Under the pieces are notes generated by a model. That model had not been told where the DNA came from and ran no database searches. It saw only the letters and a list, made by a program, of their open reading frames with translations. Positions 26,425 through 35,366 of a stretch of DNA of 64,000 nucleotides are shown here, one piece after another. Origin of the DNA: a virus (lineage: Duplodnaviria > Caudoviricetes); IMG/VR virus record IMGVR_UViG_2865859272_000007, positions 1-64,000 of that record; one strand, given 5' to 3'. Numbering within the stretch: position 1 is the stretch's first letter; every line of letters starts with the position of its first letter. The position numbers were made by a program, and so were the translations under genes.

Positions 26425-26852
26425 ATGCCCGCAGGAAGAAGTACATCGCCGGATCCCTCGCTGCTGCCGCCCTCCTCGGCGGAGGACTGGCCGCCTGCTC
26501 CACCGACGCCAGCATGGTATCCGAGAACCTGTCCAAGGCCGCCGACAACTTCGAAGTCAACCGGCGCATCGTCATGTTCAACGGCATCACCGACCAGTAC
26601 CTGCTGACCATCGAAGGCCCCTGCTCGATCACCGACGAAGGCCACCAGCTCGAAGTCGTCTGCAAGACCGGATCCGGCGCCTACAAGAAGCACTTCCTCG
26701 GCCTGTCCGACAACGTGTCCTACTTCGTGGAACAAGGCGAGCCGGTCACCGCGAGCGCCAACCACTACCGAGTCACCTTCAAGCCCCAGCAGATCATCCC
26801 CGATGTCGACTTCCGCGGCAGCACGGAAGACCTGCCGAAGAACCAGCCGTAA
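26421..26852 (+). CDS. Widespread phage lipoprotein
   Basis: Lipobox LAAC; NLSKAADNFEVNRRIV.FNGITD...YKKHFLGLSDNV. Confidence 0.75.
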   Translation: MNARRKKYIAGSLAAAALLGGGLAACSTDASMVSENLSKAADNFEVNRRIVMFNGITDQYLLTIEGPCSITDEGHQLEVVCKTGSGAYKKHFLGLSDNVSYFVEQGEPVTASANHYRVTFKPQQIIPDVDFRGSTEDLPKNQP

Positions 26853-26862
26853 GGACCCCACA

Positions 26863-27099
26863 ATGAAGATCAAGTACAAGAAAGACGGCACCGTCAAGAT
26901 CACAATGTCGAAGGAAGAAGCCATCAACATAGGCGGCCTGCCGCGTCCGCAGGACGAAACCATGCGTGCGCTGTGGCTAAACCTTCCCACATCCACGCCC
27001 GGGAGCATGCAGGTGCGTTTCGAAACCGAAATGACCATCGAACTCGAACGCCAGCGCATCCCTGAAAGCTTCATCTACCGGCAGATACACAACCCGTGA
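26863..27099 (+). CDS. Hypothetical protein
   Basis: aagga RBS. Confidence 0.5.
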   Translation: MKIKYKKDGTVKITMSKEEAINIGGLPRPQDETMRALWLNLPTSTPGSMQVRFETEMTIELERQRIPESFIYRQIHNP

Positions 27100-27130
27100 A
27101 CCGCGACTGCAACACAGAAAGAGAACCGCT

Positions 27131-27508
27131 ATGACACCCGAAGAACACCTCATAAAAGCCGCCGACGACCTCGCCCAACACGGCCACGCCAAATACGCCT
27201 TCTTCACCAACCAGGCCGCGGAGTCCTGGACCACAGCCCGCGCCTGCGCCCTCGGCGCCCTCGCCCGAACCGACACCGAAACCCACATCGCCCAGCAGAG
27301 CTGGGGCGTCCTGGTCAAGGACGTGCAGAACTGCCCGGCCGCCCACAAGCTCGCCCATCACCTCCGGGCCAAACACCCCGCACTCTTCGCCGAACCCCCT
27401 GCCGACGACTACGACACCATCACACAGTACAACGACCACCCCGACACCACCGGCGAAGACGTCATCCTCGCCATGAAACAGGCGGCACACGACACGGAAC
27501 CGACATGA
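27131..27508 (+). CDS. DUF6197-like protein, paralog 3 of 3
   Basis: LIKAADDL...CALGAL...YND...TGEDVILAMKQAA. Confidence 0.7.
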   Translation: MTPEEHLIKAADDLAQHGHAKYAFFTNQAAESWTTARACALGALARTDTETHIAQQSWGVLVKDVQNCPAAHKLAHHLRAKHPALFAEPPADDYDTITQYNDHPDTTGEDVILAMKQAAHDTEPT

Positions 27509-27641
27509 CCACCCACACCCACACATGGCGCCGGCTGACCGTCCTCCTGGAGGACGGCGGCCCGGCCCTCACCTACAAACGCTGCACCGGCTGCGGAAAG
27601 CTGCTGCTATGAACCCGCATCCCCCTACCCGCGGAAACACC

Positions 27642-27884
27642 ATGACCGACGACCTGAACGACCGCCTCTGCAAAGGCATCCACCTGTCCTGGCTCGTCGG
27701 CCACCACCACGGCACCTACAACGTCCACGACGGCCCCGCCGACCAATGCACCCGATGCTGCCCCTGCCCCAACCACGGCGGCCCCCACATGCACCCCTCA
27801 CAGTGGCAACACCGCTGCCCAGAATGCCGCCAAGCAACCGGCCACAAAATGGACTGCACCACCGGACGGAAACAAACACCATGA
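27642..27884 (+). CDS. Small Cys/His-rich protein
   Basis: CPEC...GHKMDC. Confidence 0.5.
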   Translation: MTDDLNDRLCKGIHLSWLVGHHHGTYNVHDGPADQCTRCCPCPNHGGPHMHPSQWQHRCPECRQATGHKMDCTTGRKQTP

Positions 27885-28114
27885 CCGCCCGCGACAACTT
27901 CCTCACCGCCTACAACGACAGCGCCGCCTGCTACTGCGGCGACGACACCTGCCCCAGCATCGGAACCCTCATCGACACCCTCCTCCACGACCACGCCCAC
28001 GAGCTCGCGGAGAAGCAGCGGAACCAGTGTCGATGCTTTCGCTCCTGCGGCTGCTGCTCTTGCCGTATTACCCCCGGAGAGGCTGCCGACCTAATAGACC
28101 CGGAGGTGGCGTGA
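27881..28114 (+). CDS. ADLIDPEV-family small protein
   Basis: MTARDNFLTAYND...HAHELAEKQRN...AADLIDPEVA. Confidence 0.65.
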   Translation: MTARDNFLTAYNDSAACYCGDDTCPSIGTLIDTLLHDHAHELAEKQRNQCRCFRSCGCCSCRITPGEAADLIDPEVA

Positions 28115-28239
28115 TGAGCGCATGGCGACCCTGATTCGCTCGTTCGCCGTCATGTGCACCCACAAAGGAAGCCATGCATGGACGCGGTCCGCCAGTTCGA
28201 GAATGAGAACAGACCGTACAACTGAACACAGGAGAACGG

Positions 28240-30339
28240 ATGCCCGACACGCTCACCGCCGCCCTCTGCTGGTACGCCGCCGGAGCATCCGTCGTCCGCA
28301 CCGCAACCGACGGCACCAAGCGGCCGGCCGGCGAGTGGAAGCAGTACCAGCACACCCGAGCCACCCCCGCCCAGATCCACGCCTGGTTCGCCGGCGGGCA
28401 CCCCGGCCTCGGCATCATCTGCGGAGCGGTATCCGGCGGCATCGAACTCCTGGAATTCGAAGGCCGCGCCGTCGACGACGGGCTCGTCCAGGAATTCCAG
28501 GAGATCGCGGAGAACTCCGGGCTCGGCGGCATCTGGCACCGCCTCATGCAAGGGTACGTCGAAGAGACCCCGTCGGGCGGGCTGCACCTGCTGTACCGCG
28601 TCACCGAAGGCCAGGTCCACGGCAACACCAAGCTCGCCCGCCGGCCCGCCACCCAAGCAGAGCTGGCGGACAATCCCGCCGACAAGATCAAGGTGCTGGT
28701 CGAGACCCGCGGCGAAGGCGGCTTCGTGATCACCGCCCCCTCCCACGGCCCCGTCCACCCCACCGGCAAGCCGTGGATCGCCTGCGTCGGCAGCCCCGCC
28801 ACCCTCCCCGAGCTCACCGCCGACGAACGCGACGCGCTGTGGACCGTCGCCCGCACCCTCGACCGGATCCCCGCGCCCCCCAGCCCGGCCGCCATGCCAG
28901 CCGCACGGACACCGGGCAGCGGGCAGCGGGACGACGGGCCCTCCCCCGGCGACGACTACGAGCAGCGCACCGACTGGGCGGAGATCCTGGCCGGCTGGAC
29001 CCTCGTCTACCAGCAGGGCGGCACCCGCTACTGGCGGCGCCCCGGCAAGACGACCGGCATCTCCGCCACCACCGGCCGCAACGACGACCGCGACCGGCTG
29101 TACGTCTTCACCACCAGCACCGCATTCCAGCCCGAAACGCCGTACACGAAGTTCGCCGCCTACTGCCTGCTGCACCACGGCGGCGACTACCGGCAGGCCG
29201 CCGGGGCGCTCGCAGGGCAGGGGTACGGGGCGCGCCGGGACACGCCGGCGGTGCAGCAGGGCGAGACGGTTCCACCGCCGGCGGAGGTGGGGGGCGGCGA
29301 GGGGGCCGAACCCCTCCGACGGCTGCATGTCGCCCCTATGTCGTCGGTCATGCCGAAGCGGGTGCGCTGGCTCTGGCGTGACCGGATTCCGCTCGGGGAA
29401 CTGTCGCTCATAGTAGGACGAGGCGGCATTGGGAAATCCACACTACTCGCAGAATTCGGTGCGTGGATAACGCGCGGCACCATGAAAGGCGAATATCTCG
29501 GCGAACCGAGAGATGTCCTTTATGTCGTCAACGAAGATTCGCTGGAATACACAGTCGTCCCCCGACTTATAGCGGCAGGGGCGGACCTGTCACGCATTCA
29601 CCGGGTACGGGTGCAAATAGGTGACGACTGGAGCCGCCTTATGCTCCCGCGCGACTGCGAACTCGTCAAGACAGAAGTGCAACAGCGCGACGCAGCCGCC
29701 ATATTCTTCGACCCGCTCTCCTCGAATCTCACCGCTAAGAAAAACGACCAGGACGAAATGCGTTCTGCGCTGGAACGCGTACGCCTCATGGCCGAAGAGG
29801 CGGGCATCGCCGCCGTGGGTCTGGCCCACACCCGCAAGGCTCTGTCCACGAATCTCCTCGACGCCATCATGGGCTCCGTCGAGCTGGGAAACGTGACCCG
29901 CTCCGTCATGGGCGCCATGCGCGACCAGGACGACGAGGAGATCGTCGTGCTCTCCCAGGAGAAGAACAACCTGGGACGCATGGATCTGGAGCCGTATCGC
30001 TACCGCATCGTCGGCCACGCGCTCGACAACCCAGACGACCCGTTGCAGCCGATCACCACGTCACGCATCGAGTGGGACGGCAAGGGCGGCCCTACGGTGT
30101 CCGACATGCTCGCCGAGGGGATCCAGACAGTCAGCCGCAGCGACGTGAACGAGGCGGCCCAGTGGCTCAAGCAGTACCTGATGATGAACCCGGGGACGCA
30201 GCGCCAGCGGGTCGAGATCGAAGCGATGAAGGTCGGGTACAAGCCGTACACGCTGAAGCGGGCCGCGAAGAAGATCCACGTGGTTTCCGAGCTGTCCGGC
30301 TTCCCGTGCGTAGCTCACTGGAGCCTCCCGGCTCCGTAG
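28240..30339 (+). CDS. Bifunctional primase-polymerase fused to a RepA/AAA_25 helicase
   Basis: Prim-pol motifs (LLEFEG, TPSGGLHL, ETRGEGGFVITAPS); Walker A GRGGIGKS; FFDPLS; AHTRK. Confidence 0.9.
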   Translation: MPDTLTAALCWYAAGASVVRTATDGTKRPAGEWKQYQHTRATPAQIHAWFAGGHPGLGIICGAVSGGIELLEFEGRAVDDGLVQEFQEIAENSGLGGIWHRLMQGYVEETPSGGLHLLYRVTEGQVHGNTKLARRPATQAELADNPADKIKVLVETRGEGGFVITAPSHGPVHPTGKPWIACVGSPATLPELTADERDALWTVARTLDRIPAPPSPAAMPAARTPGSGQRDDGPSPGDDYEQRTDWAEILAGWTLVYQQGGTRYWRRPGKTTGISATTGRNDDRDRLYVFTTSTAFQPETPYTKFAAYCLLHHGGDYRQAAGALAGQGYGARRDTPAVQQGETVPPPAEVGGGEGAEPLRRLHVAPMSSVMPKRVRWLWRDRIPLGELSLIVGRGGIGKSTLLAEFGAWITRGTMKGEYLGEPRDVLYVVNEDSLEYTVVPRLIAAGADLSRIHRVRVQIGDDWSRLMLPRDCELVKTEVQQRDAAAIFFDPLSSNLTAKKNDQDEMRSALERVRLMAEEAGIAAVGLAHTRKALSTNLLDAIMGSVELGNVTRSVMGAMRDQDDEEIVVLSQEKNNLGRMDLEPYRYRIVGHALDNPDDPLQPITTSRIEWDGKGGPTVSDMLAEGIQTVSRSDVNEAAQWLKQYLMMNPGTQRQRVEIEAMKVGYKPYTLKRAAKKIHVVSELSGFPCVAHWSLPAP

Positions 30340-30562
30340 AGTGCATAGCTGGCGCAATTCCCCGCCAGTGAGGGGCGTGCTCTGACTTGCTCCAGCTTGC
30401 GCCAACCTGCTCCAACTGTAGCGTCACGGAGAGTGAGCAGTTAGGGCCGGTTGGAGCAAGTTAGAACAAGTTAGTACATATATTCTCTCTCAGAGACACC
30501 GCGCCAACCACAGCGCCCCCGGCACGCAACGTAACCACAACTGAATACGGAGATCCCGGCCC

Positions 30563-31228
30563 ATGACCCAAGGCCCTGTCGACACCGAGATCAAACTCGC
30601 CCGATGCCCCCGATGCGGCGGATACGTCTTCGCGTGCACCAGCTCCGGACTGAAAACCGCAGCGGACCCGGCGCCCGTCACCCGCGACGGCTACGTCACC
30701 GCCCTGGCCGCAGGACGCCGCCTCTTCGACCTCGTCACACAGGCTGGACGCCCCCACAAGCTCCTCACGCGCCCCCGAACAGCCCCAGCGCCCACCTTCG
30801 ACCCCACAGGCGCCCAGACGCCCGTACACAGGCCCCTCGGGGGCGCCCTGCACGAACAGCGTCCCGTCCTGGCCGAGCACGGATGCGGCGCCCACGGCAT
30901 GGACGCCACCCGGGTGGAGGAGATACCCGTGGGCCCTCCCCAAGCCCCTGTGACGCCTGGCGCGCACAGGGGTGGACCCCACCAGCCACCTGCCCACGCC
31001 TCCACGCCGACCTGGCCGCACCCGGCGGCATCATCGACCACCTCCCCGCCTCCTGCGGCACCTGCGAGCCGCCGCCGTTCTAGGGCGGTGGTCGACCTGG
31101 AGCTGCCCGCCGATCCGCTGCCGGTGTGCGGCGCCTGCCAGGCGGTGATCGGGCCGGGCGAGGCATTCACCGGCGTCCATCACGAAATATGGCAATGGGC
31201 TTTTCATGAGGAATGCAATGACAACTGA
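30563..31228 (+). CDS. Zinc-finger hypothetical protein
   Basis: CPRC, EHGC, CGAC motifs. Confidence 0.5.
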   Translation: MTQGPVDTEIKLARCPRCGGYVFACTSSGLKTAADPAPVTRDGYVTALAAGRRLFDLVTQAGRPHKLLTRPRTAPAPTFDPTGAQTPVHRPLGGALHEQRPVLAEHGCGAHGMDATRVEEIPVGPPQAPVTPGAHRGGPHQPPAHASTPTWPHPAASSTTSPPPAAPASRRRSRAVVDLELPADPLPVCGACQAVIGPGEAFTGVHHEIWQWAFHEECNDN

Positions 31229-31409
31229 AGAAAGTACCCCCCTGGCTGTTCAGGTAACCAGCGAAGAGAACGGTGTATGTCTGGCACTGCTCACAGCTGC
31301 CGATATGGAACTCGTTCTGTCGGTGACCATAGCGCCCGAGCACGCTTACAGCATCGCCCAAAAACTGACGATGGCGGCTATTCGTGTCGAGGAGAGGGGA
31401 AAGCGTTGA
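31218..31409 (+). CDS. Hypothetical protein
   Basis: gagga RBS. Confidence 0.5.
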   Translation: MTTEESTPLAVQVTSEENGVCLALLTAADMELVLSVTIAPEHAYSIAQKLTMAAIRVEERGKR

Positions 31410-31675
31410 TTTGTGATGAGTGTCGTCACGAGGCGGACTCTGATTCCAGTACCCTGCCGTCGAATGCGTGCCCGGTGTGCCGATACGAATTCGGTGTGAC
31501 GAAAACGGGGCGGGTGATCCAGCACGTAGATCCGCGAGACCCCGAGTATCGGAAATGCGCCGGTTCCGGCAAGGCGCCGCGTGGAAGGGGCCACGCCGCT
31601 TGCAAGGGGCACTGCCCCTGCCAGCACAAGCCGCGCCAATCGTGGAGAGGAGAGGGTCCTGGTGTCGATGCGTGA
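31406..31675 (+). CDS. Small Cys/His-rich protein
   Basis: CDECR...CPVC...CAGSG...CKG.CPCQH. Confidence 0.5.
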   Translation: MICDECRHEADSDSSTLPSNACPVCRYEFGVTKTGRVIQHVDPRDPEYRKCAGSGKAPRGRGHAACKGHCPCQHKPRQSWRGEGPGVDA

Positions 31676-32309
31676 AATCGAGCGTAACGTCGCCGCCCTC
31701 AAAGACGGCTACGACGAGCGCATCGAATACAGAATCCGGGTCAACGGCGACTTTGAAGAGCGCGCCAATACCGTGCGCATGGCGGGGTTGCTGGAGCAGC
31801 TCCGGAAGGTCGCCATAGAGGGCGGCAGGTCGCCGGCGGGCCGTGCCGCGCGCCGGCCCCCGAACAAGCCGGGCAGCCAGCCGCCGGGACGCACAGACGG
31901 GCTCACCCTCCTGGACGAGATCACCGGGGAGGTCTACTACTGGGTCGACCGCGTCCTCATGGAGTCCGGCCGTGACCGCACCCTCGGCCTCAGTCCCATG
32001 CCCGCCCTGCTGGACGCCCTCGTCGCCGAAACCCGGCTCCTGGAAGACACACACCCCGCCCTGGTCGCCGACATCGCCGACGCCACCCGCACGTGGGTGC
32101 GGCGGGCGCGGCGCCTCCTCGGCCACGACGAGTCGTACGTGATGTTGGAGGAGAGGGTGTGTGGGGAGTGTGGTGGCGCTTTGGCGGTGGCCCGGGATGC
32201 TTCGACGGCGGTGCGGTGCGTCGGTAGCCCGGACGGCGGCGGTTGCGGTGCGCGGTATGAGCGGGATACGTGGCTGGGGCTTCTTGTTGGGGGTGGGGAG
32301 GCCGCGTGA
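31668..32309 (+). CDS. Conserved actinophage protein (possible late regulator) with C-terminal zinc ribbon
   Basis: GLLEQLR...CGECGG.L...VRC...CG. Confidence 0.6.
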   Translation: MREIERNVAALKDGYDERIEYRIRVNGDFEERANTVRMAGLLEQLRKVAIEGGRSPAGRAARRPPNKPGSQPPGRTDGLTLLDEITGEVYYWVDRVLMESGRDRTLGLSPMPALLDALVAETRLLEDTHPALVADIADATRTWVRRARRLLGHDESYVMLEERVCGECGGALAVARDASTAVRCVGSPDGGGCGARYERDTWLGLLVGGGEAA

Positions 32310-32506
32310 AGTTGCTGACGACTGATGCGGCGGTTGCCGGCCTGACGCCGCCGGGGGCATCTCGGGCGGTTATGGCCTATTGGAGGCGGGCTATCTACAA
32401 CGCGGCCGGACGTGGAGAGATCAGGAATTATGGGGGGTCTGGAAAGGGTGAGGCTCTCTGGGCGCCTGAGGAGATACTGGCCCTGCGGGAAAAACTTTCC
32501 CGTTAG
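32306..32506 (+). CDS. Small putative DNA-binding protein
   Basis: LLTTDAAVA...RRAIYNAAGRG.I...W..EEI. Confidence 0.5.
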   Translation: MKLLTTDAAVAGLTPPGASRAVMAYWRRAIYNAAGRGEIRNYGGSGKGEALWAPEEILALREKLSR

Positions 32507-32521
32507 GGCTTGACAAGCCCT
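32505..32521. promoter_or_regulatory. Perfect 17-bp palindrome containing TTGACA, candidate operator/promoter
   Basis: agggcttg-a-caagccct. Confidence 0.55.
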
Positions 32522-32625
32522 GGTATGGATGTCCGATAATGTGGATCGTGCGGCACCCCCTACCCTGAAACAGGGTGCGAAAGGTCCGTCGCCAACAGAA
32601 GACCCCCCTCGCACGCACGAACAAG

Positions 32626-32665
32626 GCCCCCGGTCCTCATCGAGGTGAGGAAGCGGGGGCTTTTT
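32626..32665 (+). terminator. Intrinsic terminator
   Basis: gcccccg/cgggggc plus tcctcat/gtgagga stems, then ttttt. Confidence 0.65.
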
Positions 32666-32861
32666 GTGTTTGGTGTGGGGGGAGATGCCGCGTGGAGCGC
32701 AGGACTGCGACCGGGATGGGCCGCCGGTGCGAGTAGGCCCCCGTCCGCTGCGCTCCACGCAGGGTTACCCCGGCTTGAAGCGTGTCATTCCCACGGGGCG
32801 GGGAGACATTTGGGCCCGCCGTCCACGAGAATCTGATCCCGTGGAGCAAAGGTGCGTGATC

Positions 32862-33158
32862 ATGACCGCCGCCAGCGCCGGACGCTCCACCAGGCGGTGG
32901 AAACGACTCTGCGTCGAACTACGCGCCACCTTGCCCCCGCTCTGCGGCATCTGCGGACAGATCATCGACCTCGACCTACCGCCGAGACACCCCCAGTCGT
33001 GGACGCTCGACCACATCATCCCCCGCTCCGTGCGGCCAGACCTCGCGGAGGACCCGGACAATCTTCGGCCAGCGCACTACGGGTGCAACAGCGCCCGGGG
33101 CGCCGCCGGGCATGAAAAAAGGCCGGGACACCTTCGGGTGTCCCGGCGATGGGGATGA
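32862..33158 (+). CDS. HNH endonuclease (packaging-associated type)
   Basis: RWKRL...CGICG...LDHIIPRS...DPDNLRPAHYGCNSARG. Confidence 0.9.
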   Translation: MTAASAGRSTRRWKRLCVELRATLPPLCGICGQIIDLDLPPRHPQSWTLDHIIPRSVRPDLAEDPDNLRPAHYGCNSARGAAGHEKRPGHLRVSRRWG

Positions 33159-33159
33159 A

Positions 33160-34137
33160 TCACAGCCTTCCCTGGCGGTGCAGCGCCATGCGGCCCTCCA
33201 GCGTCCGCCTGAACGCCTCCTGCCGCGCCTGCCGCCTGTCCCTGCGGGCCGGTTCTGCTGCATCGGCTCCGTTGCGGGCACGGTGCGCCTCGCGCACCAG
33301 GGTGGCGGCCTCCTCCTCGGACAGGTACAGGAACTGCGTCTCCCTGGCTTTGCCGGCGCGGCACACCATGCCCCGGCCCGGCTCCTCCGGGGACGGCTGC
33401 GGCGGCCACACGTCGGTGAGCATCTTCCATGCCCGGTCGCTGTAGCGGATCAGGATGCGGGTCGAGAAGTTCTCCCGGATGTCGCCGCCTCCGAGGGCCG
33501 CTGCGGTCGCGTACTGCGCCACGGCCACGACATGCATCTTGGCGGCCCGGCCCATGAACATGATGTCCCCGAGCGCGTCGATGGCGTCGTACTTGTCGCG
33601 TGGCAGCTTTCGGCCGAGGGCCTGAAGCTGGCCCATCGTCGCGTTCATCTCTTCGAACACGACGATGATCCGCTCCCCTACCGGGGCTTCTTCGACGGGC
33701 CCGGGGAAGCTGTCGACGATCTCGTTGCGGCGGTGCACCTCCATGCCGAGCGCCACCAGGGCGTCCCCGATTTCAGGCAGGGTGGAGGCGTAGTCGGCGC
33801 CGGGCAGGTTCTTGGCCCATCGGTGGCTGTGCCGCTTCACGTCGAGGAAGGCGACCTTGTTGCCGGCGGCGAGGGCCTGGGCGGCGATGCTGCGGAGGAT
33901 GACGGACTTGCCGCCTCCGCTGGCGGCGGAGATCAGTACGTGTGGGCTGTCGCTGTCCAGGTCGATGGCGACGGGTTCGCCTTCTCCGTCGATGCCGAGG
34001 AGGGGCGCGGATTCCAGGGCGTCGGCGATGAGCGGGCGGGCCTGGTGGTAGCCGAACAGTTCGGGGAAGCTGTTGGGGGCGGCGGGTGTGGCGAGGCCGG
34101 TGTAGGTGCTGGTGGTGGGTAGGTTGAGCATCGTCAT
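33160..34137 (-). CDS. FtsK/SpoIIIE-family P-loop ATPase
   Basis: SPHVLISAASGGGKS, FLDVK, VVFEE, MGRAAKMHV..VAQ. Confidence 0.8.
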   Translation of the reverse strand: MTMLNLPTTSTYTGLATPAAPNSFPELFGYHQARPLIADALESAPLLGIDGEGEPVAIDLDSDSPHVLISAASGGGKSVILRSIAAQALAAGNKVAFLDVKRHSHRWAKNLPGADYASTLPEIGDALVALGMEVHRRNEIVDSFPGPVEEAPVGERIIVVFEEMNATMGQLQALGRKLPRDKYDAIDALGDIMFMGRAAKMHVVAVAQYATAAALGGGDIRENFSTRILIRYSDRAWKMLTDVWPPQPSPEEPGRGMVCRAGKARETQFLYLSEEEAATLVREAHRARNGADAAEPARRDRRQARQEAFRRTLEGRMALHRQGRL

Positions 34138-34352
34138 TCCTCGGTGGGGTAGATCATGACCCCGTGATCGCTGGCGCGGCGCTTGCAGCGGGGGTCGTTG
34201 AAGACGGACAGGTCTTTCACGCACCTCGCCAGGTGGGCGGAGCATGAGGCTGATTGGGCTTCTCGGTAGCGGGCGTTGACCAGCCACCGGGCGCGGTTCT
34301 TGCAGTTGTGCGCGAAGCATGTGGGCGTGGTCAGCTCCAGTTGTCCCACCAT
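34134..34352 (-). CDS. Small Cys/His protein
   Basis: CFAHNC...CSAHL. Confidence 0.5.
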   Translation of the reverse strand: MVGQLELTTPTCFAHNCKNRARWLVNARYREAQSASCSAHLARCVKDLSVFNDPRCKRRASDHGVMIYPTEE

Positions 34353-34573
34353 GAGCGGATCTCTTCGGGGGACTCGTCGTACATGTCGGCCACCATCTCT
34401 TCGAACGTGGCGGTAGGCTTGACCAGCCGTGTGGCGACCATGCGGCGCATCAGCAGCAGCAAGTCCTGGTCCCGCTCAGGTGGGTCGCCCTCCTGGTGAA
34501 GCGCGTACAGCAGGTCGTCCTCCACCTCCGACATGAGCAGCTGGATTTCGCCGGGCGTGAACGTCTTCTTCAT
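34331..34573 (-). CDS. Hypothetical acidic protein
   Basis: gggga RBS; protein-like composition. Confidence 0.5.
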   Translation of the reverse strand: MKKTFTPGEIQLLMSEVEDDLLYALHQEGDPPERDQDLLLLMRRMVATRLVKPTATFEEMVADMYDESPEEIRSWWDNWS

Positions 34574-34818
34574 GATGATTCCCCTGTCTCGTCGATGATT
34601 CGGGTGCCTTCGTCCTTGACGTACGTTTCGTACGCCTCGCGGACGGCTTCTTCGTACGTGTCGGTGAGAAACGTGGATGCCCACGCCATGCCGTCCTCGT
34701 TGTCTTGGGCGTCCACGATGGAATCGATCGCCTCTTGGTCGTCTATGTCGACTTCCAGGGCATCTTCGAGCACGAGGTTGCCCCCGTGGTCCCAGCGTCC
34801 GAGCAGCAGAAAGGACAT
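34570..34818 (-). CDS. Highly acidic hypothetical protein
   Basis: aaggag RBS. Confidence 0.6.
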   Translation of the reverse strand: MSFLLLGRWDHGGNLVLEDALEVDIDDQEAIDSIVDAQDNEDGMAWASTFLTDTYEEAVREAYETYVKDEGTRIIDETGESS

Positions 34819-35117
34819 GGCCGTAGCTCCTTTCAGAATAGGATGACCGTCGCGGTGACTTCACCGCGACGGTCGGATGAGGACGGCGTAGTGTTTATGG
34901 CCGGGCGTGTTGTCGCCGCATTTCCATCCGCATTCTGTGCCAGGCATGAGCTTCTTTCCTTTTCTGAAGGGTGTTTGCGGGCATGGGGACGCCCGGCGAG
35001 GGAAGCGAGTCGAATGTGAGGGCGGGAGGCCATCACGGGTCGCGTGTCCCTGCCGGGCGTCAGTGCCCCGGTGCCGCTGTGACGCGGCTACGGCTCAACC
35101 GGGCCGGGGCTGTGGCT

Positions 35118-35339
35118 TCAGCCGGGGTATCGGGTACCGATGGTGCGGAGGACCGCTTCCCAGTCATCGCCATCGGGCCAGTGGCCGACTACTACGGACC
35201 CGTCTGAATACAGGTCCACGCCGACCAGTTGCATCCCGGGGTCGTCGTAGCGCTCGACCGCAAGGGTGGCGATGTCGTCTTCGGGGACCTCGATCACCGC
35301 CAGGGTCTGGTTAGCGTCCGTCTTGATCAAGAACTTCAT
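35118..35339 (-). CDS. Hypothetical protein
   Basis: Protein-like ORF in the leftward block. Confidence 0.5.
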   Translation of the reverse strand: MKFLIKTDANQTLAVIEVPEDDIATLAVERYDDPGMQLVGVDLYSDGSVVVGHWPDGDDWEAVLRTIGTRYPG

Positions 35340-35366
35340 GACTCTTGTCCGTTCATCTAGTCGACG

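Larger units (their letters stand above)
21049..28114 (+). repeat. Dispersed ~27-bp gene-end repeat gccgacct(c/a)at(c/a)gacccggagg(t/c)g
   Basis: Copies at 21049, 21324, 21551, 22017 and 28085. Confidence 0.85.

Noticed and set aside
26421-26852. Recombination directionality factor label for the lipoprotein
   Set aside because: It has a lipobox signal peptide, which is incompatible with a DNA-binding RDF
21049-28114. GACCCGGA in the gene-end repeats as TraB clt recognition octamers for the FtsK-like ATPase
   Set aside because: The copies are few, dispersed, coding (Asp-Pro-Glu) and explained by the RBS; clt loci are clustered and non-coding
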